Source: Bispira polyomma
Taxonomy: Eukaryota
Direction of reading: 5' to 3'
DNA: 64,000 nucleotides
Assembly: GCA_965649765.1 (NCBI GenBank)
Contig: OZ287754.1
Span: 37,138,001-37,202,000, forward strand
The notes below the pieces were generated by a model. That model made no database searches. It was not told where the DNA came from and saw only the letters and a program-made list of their open reading frames with translations. A program made the translations under genes and the position numbers. Position 1 is the stretch's first letter. Each line of letters opens with the position of its first letter. Shown here piece by piece: positions 61,885-64,000 of this stretch.

Positions 61885-64000
61885 TTTGGCTTTGGCATGT
61901 TAAAATTTTAGTTCTTATCTAAAATTTTCTGTATAGTTGTACATAGAAGCTAAACATTTATAAACTAAAGATTTATAAATAAATATCCCAAACTGCATCT
62001 GACCTCTTACCTTTCAAAACCTCACACACAAGGTCAAACTACCATCTTATGCCCTTGACCTCAAACTCATTTCATTCGGCTGGGGTTCCCAGGTGCAGGT
62101 AGATACATAATGACTCATTCCCAATGGCAGGCTAAAAGAACCTTTGAGAACATTAATGAATGGTAATCTCTAAGCCTATGTTATCCCACCAATGAAACTG
62201 GCAGCAATGAACAGGAGTCAAATTTGTGACCTTCCTATCACCAGATCAAACCATCCAACCTCGAGTTAAACCGGCTACATTTTGATCACCAGACCAATTC
62301 CCTATAAGACAACAGTAGGCCAATGAGTATCATATCATGTGTATAGACACATCAATCAATGCCTTTGTGTGATACAATAGTTAAACTGATAAGGCCGCTG
62401 AACATTAAAGTATGTATAAGAGTAGTTGCTAGTTACTGATTAAATTGATATCACAAATGCTATAGTAATAGGGGCCACAAATGTTGCTAATGTGTGTATC
62501 AAATGAAAAAGAGGAGGCTCTTGATGTTCTCAGATGGATGTATATCATTTCCCAGTGGTGTAATGAGAAATAATGATCTAAGTACTGAATGACTTAAGTC
62601 TATTGAATCAATTTACGTGAAACTTGATGGAGCTATGAGTACTGGAATAGCCCATATGGTTAGAAAGGCAGATGTAGGAACTTTTTGTCAACTGTTTGAC
62701 AGCTTGGCGGAGGTATACACTGAGTGCCCTTTTAGAATTGACATTGTATTCCTAAAATGGTGAATGTTACTTCGTAGTGATAACTGAATCTTTTCTTTTT
62801 TTTCATTATTTTAGTTTCATATGGAGTACTCCTTATCTTTTATTTATTTTTGCTCTTGGTTGCTGGCAGGTTACTTCACTTATCTTGAAAAAGAACAACC
62901 ATGTTAAGGTCTCCAACAACTCCTGTGTATATAACATGTCAATGTGAAAAAAAGAAAATTGTTTGAATGTCGAGTGAGTTATGTGGTTTGATGAAGATAC
63001 TGTATAAGTATACATTTTAGCTGAAACTAAATTTTACTTATTTAGTAATTTAATGAAATTAACTGGAATTAAACTTTACTATTGGCCATTTTTATTAAAA
63101 AAGGCATGGAAATTAAAATTTTCACATGGAATTAATTGAACTATTCCAAGTCATTAGCTAAACAAGGGTCAAATTCATTCCAAGCAAAAATGTTGTGATC
63201 AAAACCCGGACCTAGTTCATGAATATATTGAAAACCCATCAGCTGACAAAACAAAAGCATATATTCTATGTAATGACCACACCACTTGTAAGCCCACACT
63301 CTTCAGTCTGATTAATGGTTGACTTAGTTTTACATCCATTGTTTTCACTTCAAAGGGTTAGATTGTGATAATGATAACACAAACTCAAAGTAAGACAAGC
63401 CAGACTGTAATAAAGCTAACAATGACATTACCAAGCAGTTGTCTTTTCTCTCTTTCTCTGTGTAAAACACTTTTTACTCCATCCCCCACATGATATTTGA
63501 TTTCATGACTTGAATTCAAGTATGTGTGTTAGCTGAACGTGTCCCAGTCATGGTGATCAATGTTTATCCATAATAAGTGGAGTCCGTGTCAATTTTATGA
63601 TCTCCAGAATGTATCTATGGATCTACACATACCCTGCTTCTCTGTGTGTTTATATGTCTGTAAAAGGATGATTTACTGTAATTGTATGCACTTTCATTGT
63701 TTTACTGTTTGATCCTTTATTTGATCAAATTTAAGCCCAATAATCTTCCAAACATTTGAGATATTAATTTTGATTTACATAGTCTTCTTTGATGTCAAAT
63801 ATTTTTGTGTTATTTTATATATGTGAGAAGAAGACCAATTTACCAAAATGGTTAAGACTCCCCCCTTTTGTCCAATTTTCCCTATAAATAATTCATTGAA
63901 GAATTGCTATTCAGAGGATTCAGTCTTAAGCATTGTAGTAATTAGAGATAAATGATTTTAGATTAATAAGGTAAGGAGAAAAATGTGGGCGAAACAATAT

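Larger units (their letters stand above)
56480..62030 (+). mobile_element. YR retrotransposon E4 (related to E2), partly decayed, lacking A2-B2
   Basis: gag 57021-58262, pol 58263-60948 with stops and deletions, YR 60955-61884; boundaries approximate. Confidence 0.9.

Overview
AT-rich, intron-containing eukaryotic DNA, most consistent with an invertebrate animal (taxon is inference). It holds two tandem-duplicated six-exon SLC16/MCT-like transporter genes (minus strand, 543-4613 and 14908-18811) and a secreted PqaA/AprA-like alpha/beta-hydrolase gene with at least 13 coding exons (minus strand, 39051 to about 31583; last exon not found). There are four plus-strand tyrosine-recombinase (YR) retrotransposons of the DIRS order: E1 about 7580-13960, decayed and interrupted by an L2/CR1 LINE fragment; E2 23545-30133, near-intact with Ngaro/PAT-type split direct repeats A1-ORFs-B1A2-B2; E3 about 55001-56480, gag only; E4 about 56480-62030. 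Also present are several tRNA-derived SINEs, one with its A-box region amplified into a 2.9 kb array of 51-bp hairpin units, plus L2 relics and minisatellites. Main finding: all four divergent YR elements have a phase-1 GT donor at the same point in gag, and all three with a YR gene have an AATTTCAG acceptor at the end of RNase H. Splicing these sites joins the Gag N-terminus in frame to a recombinase that has no ATG at the start of its N-terminal domain. Pol appears to be reached by amber readthrough (E2, E4) or -1 frameshifting (E1). All alignments and folds were done by eye.
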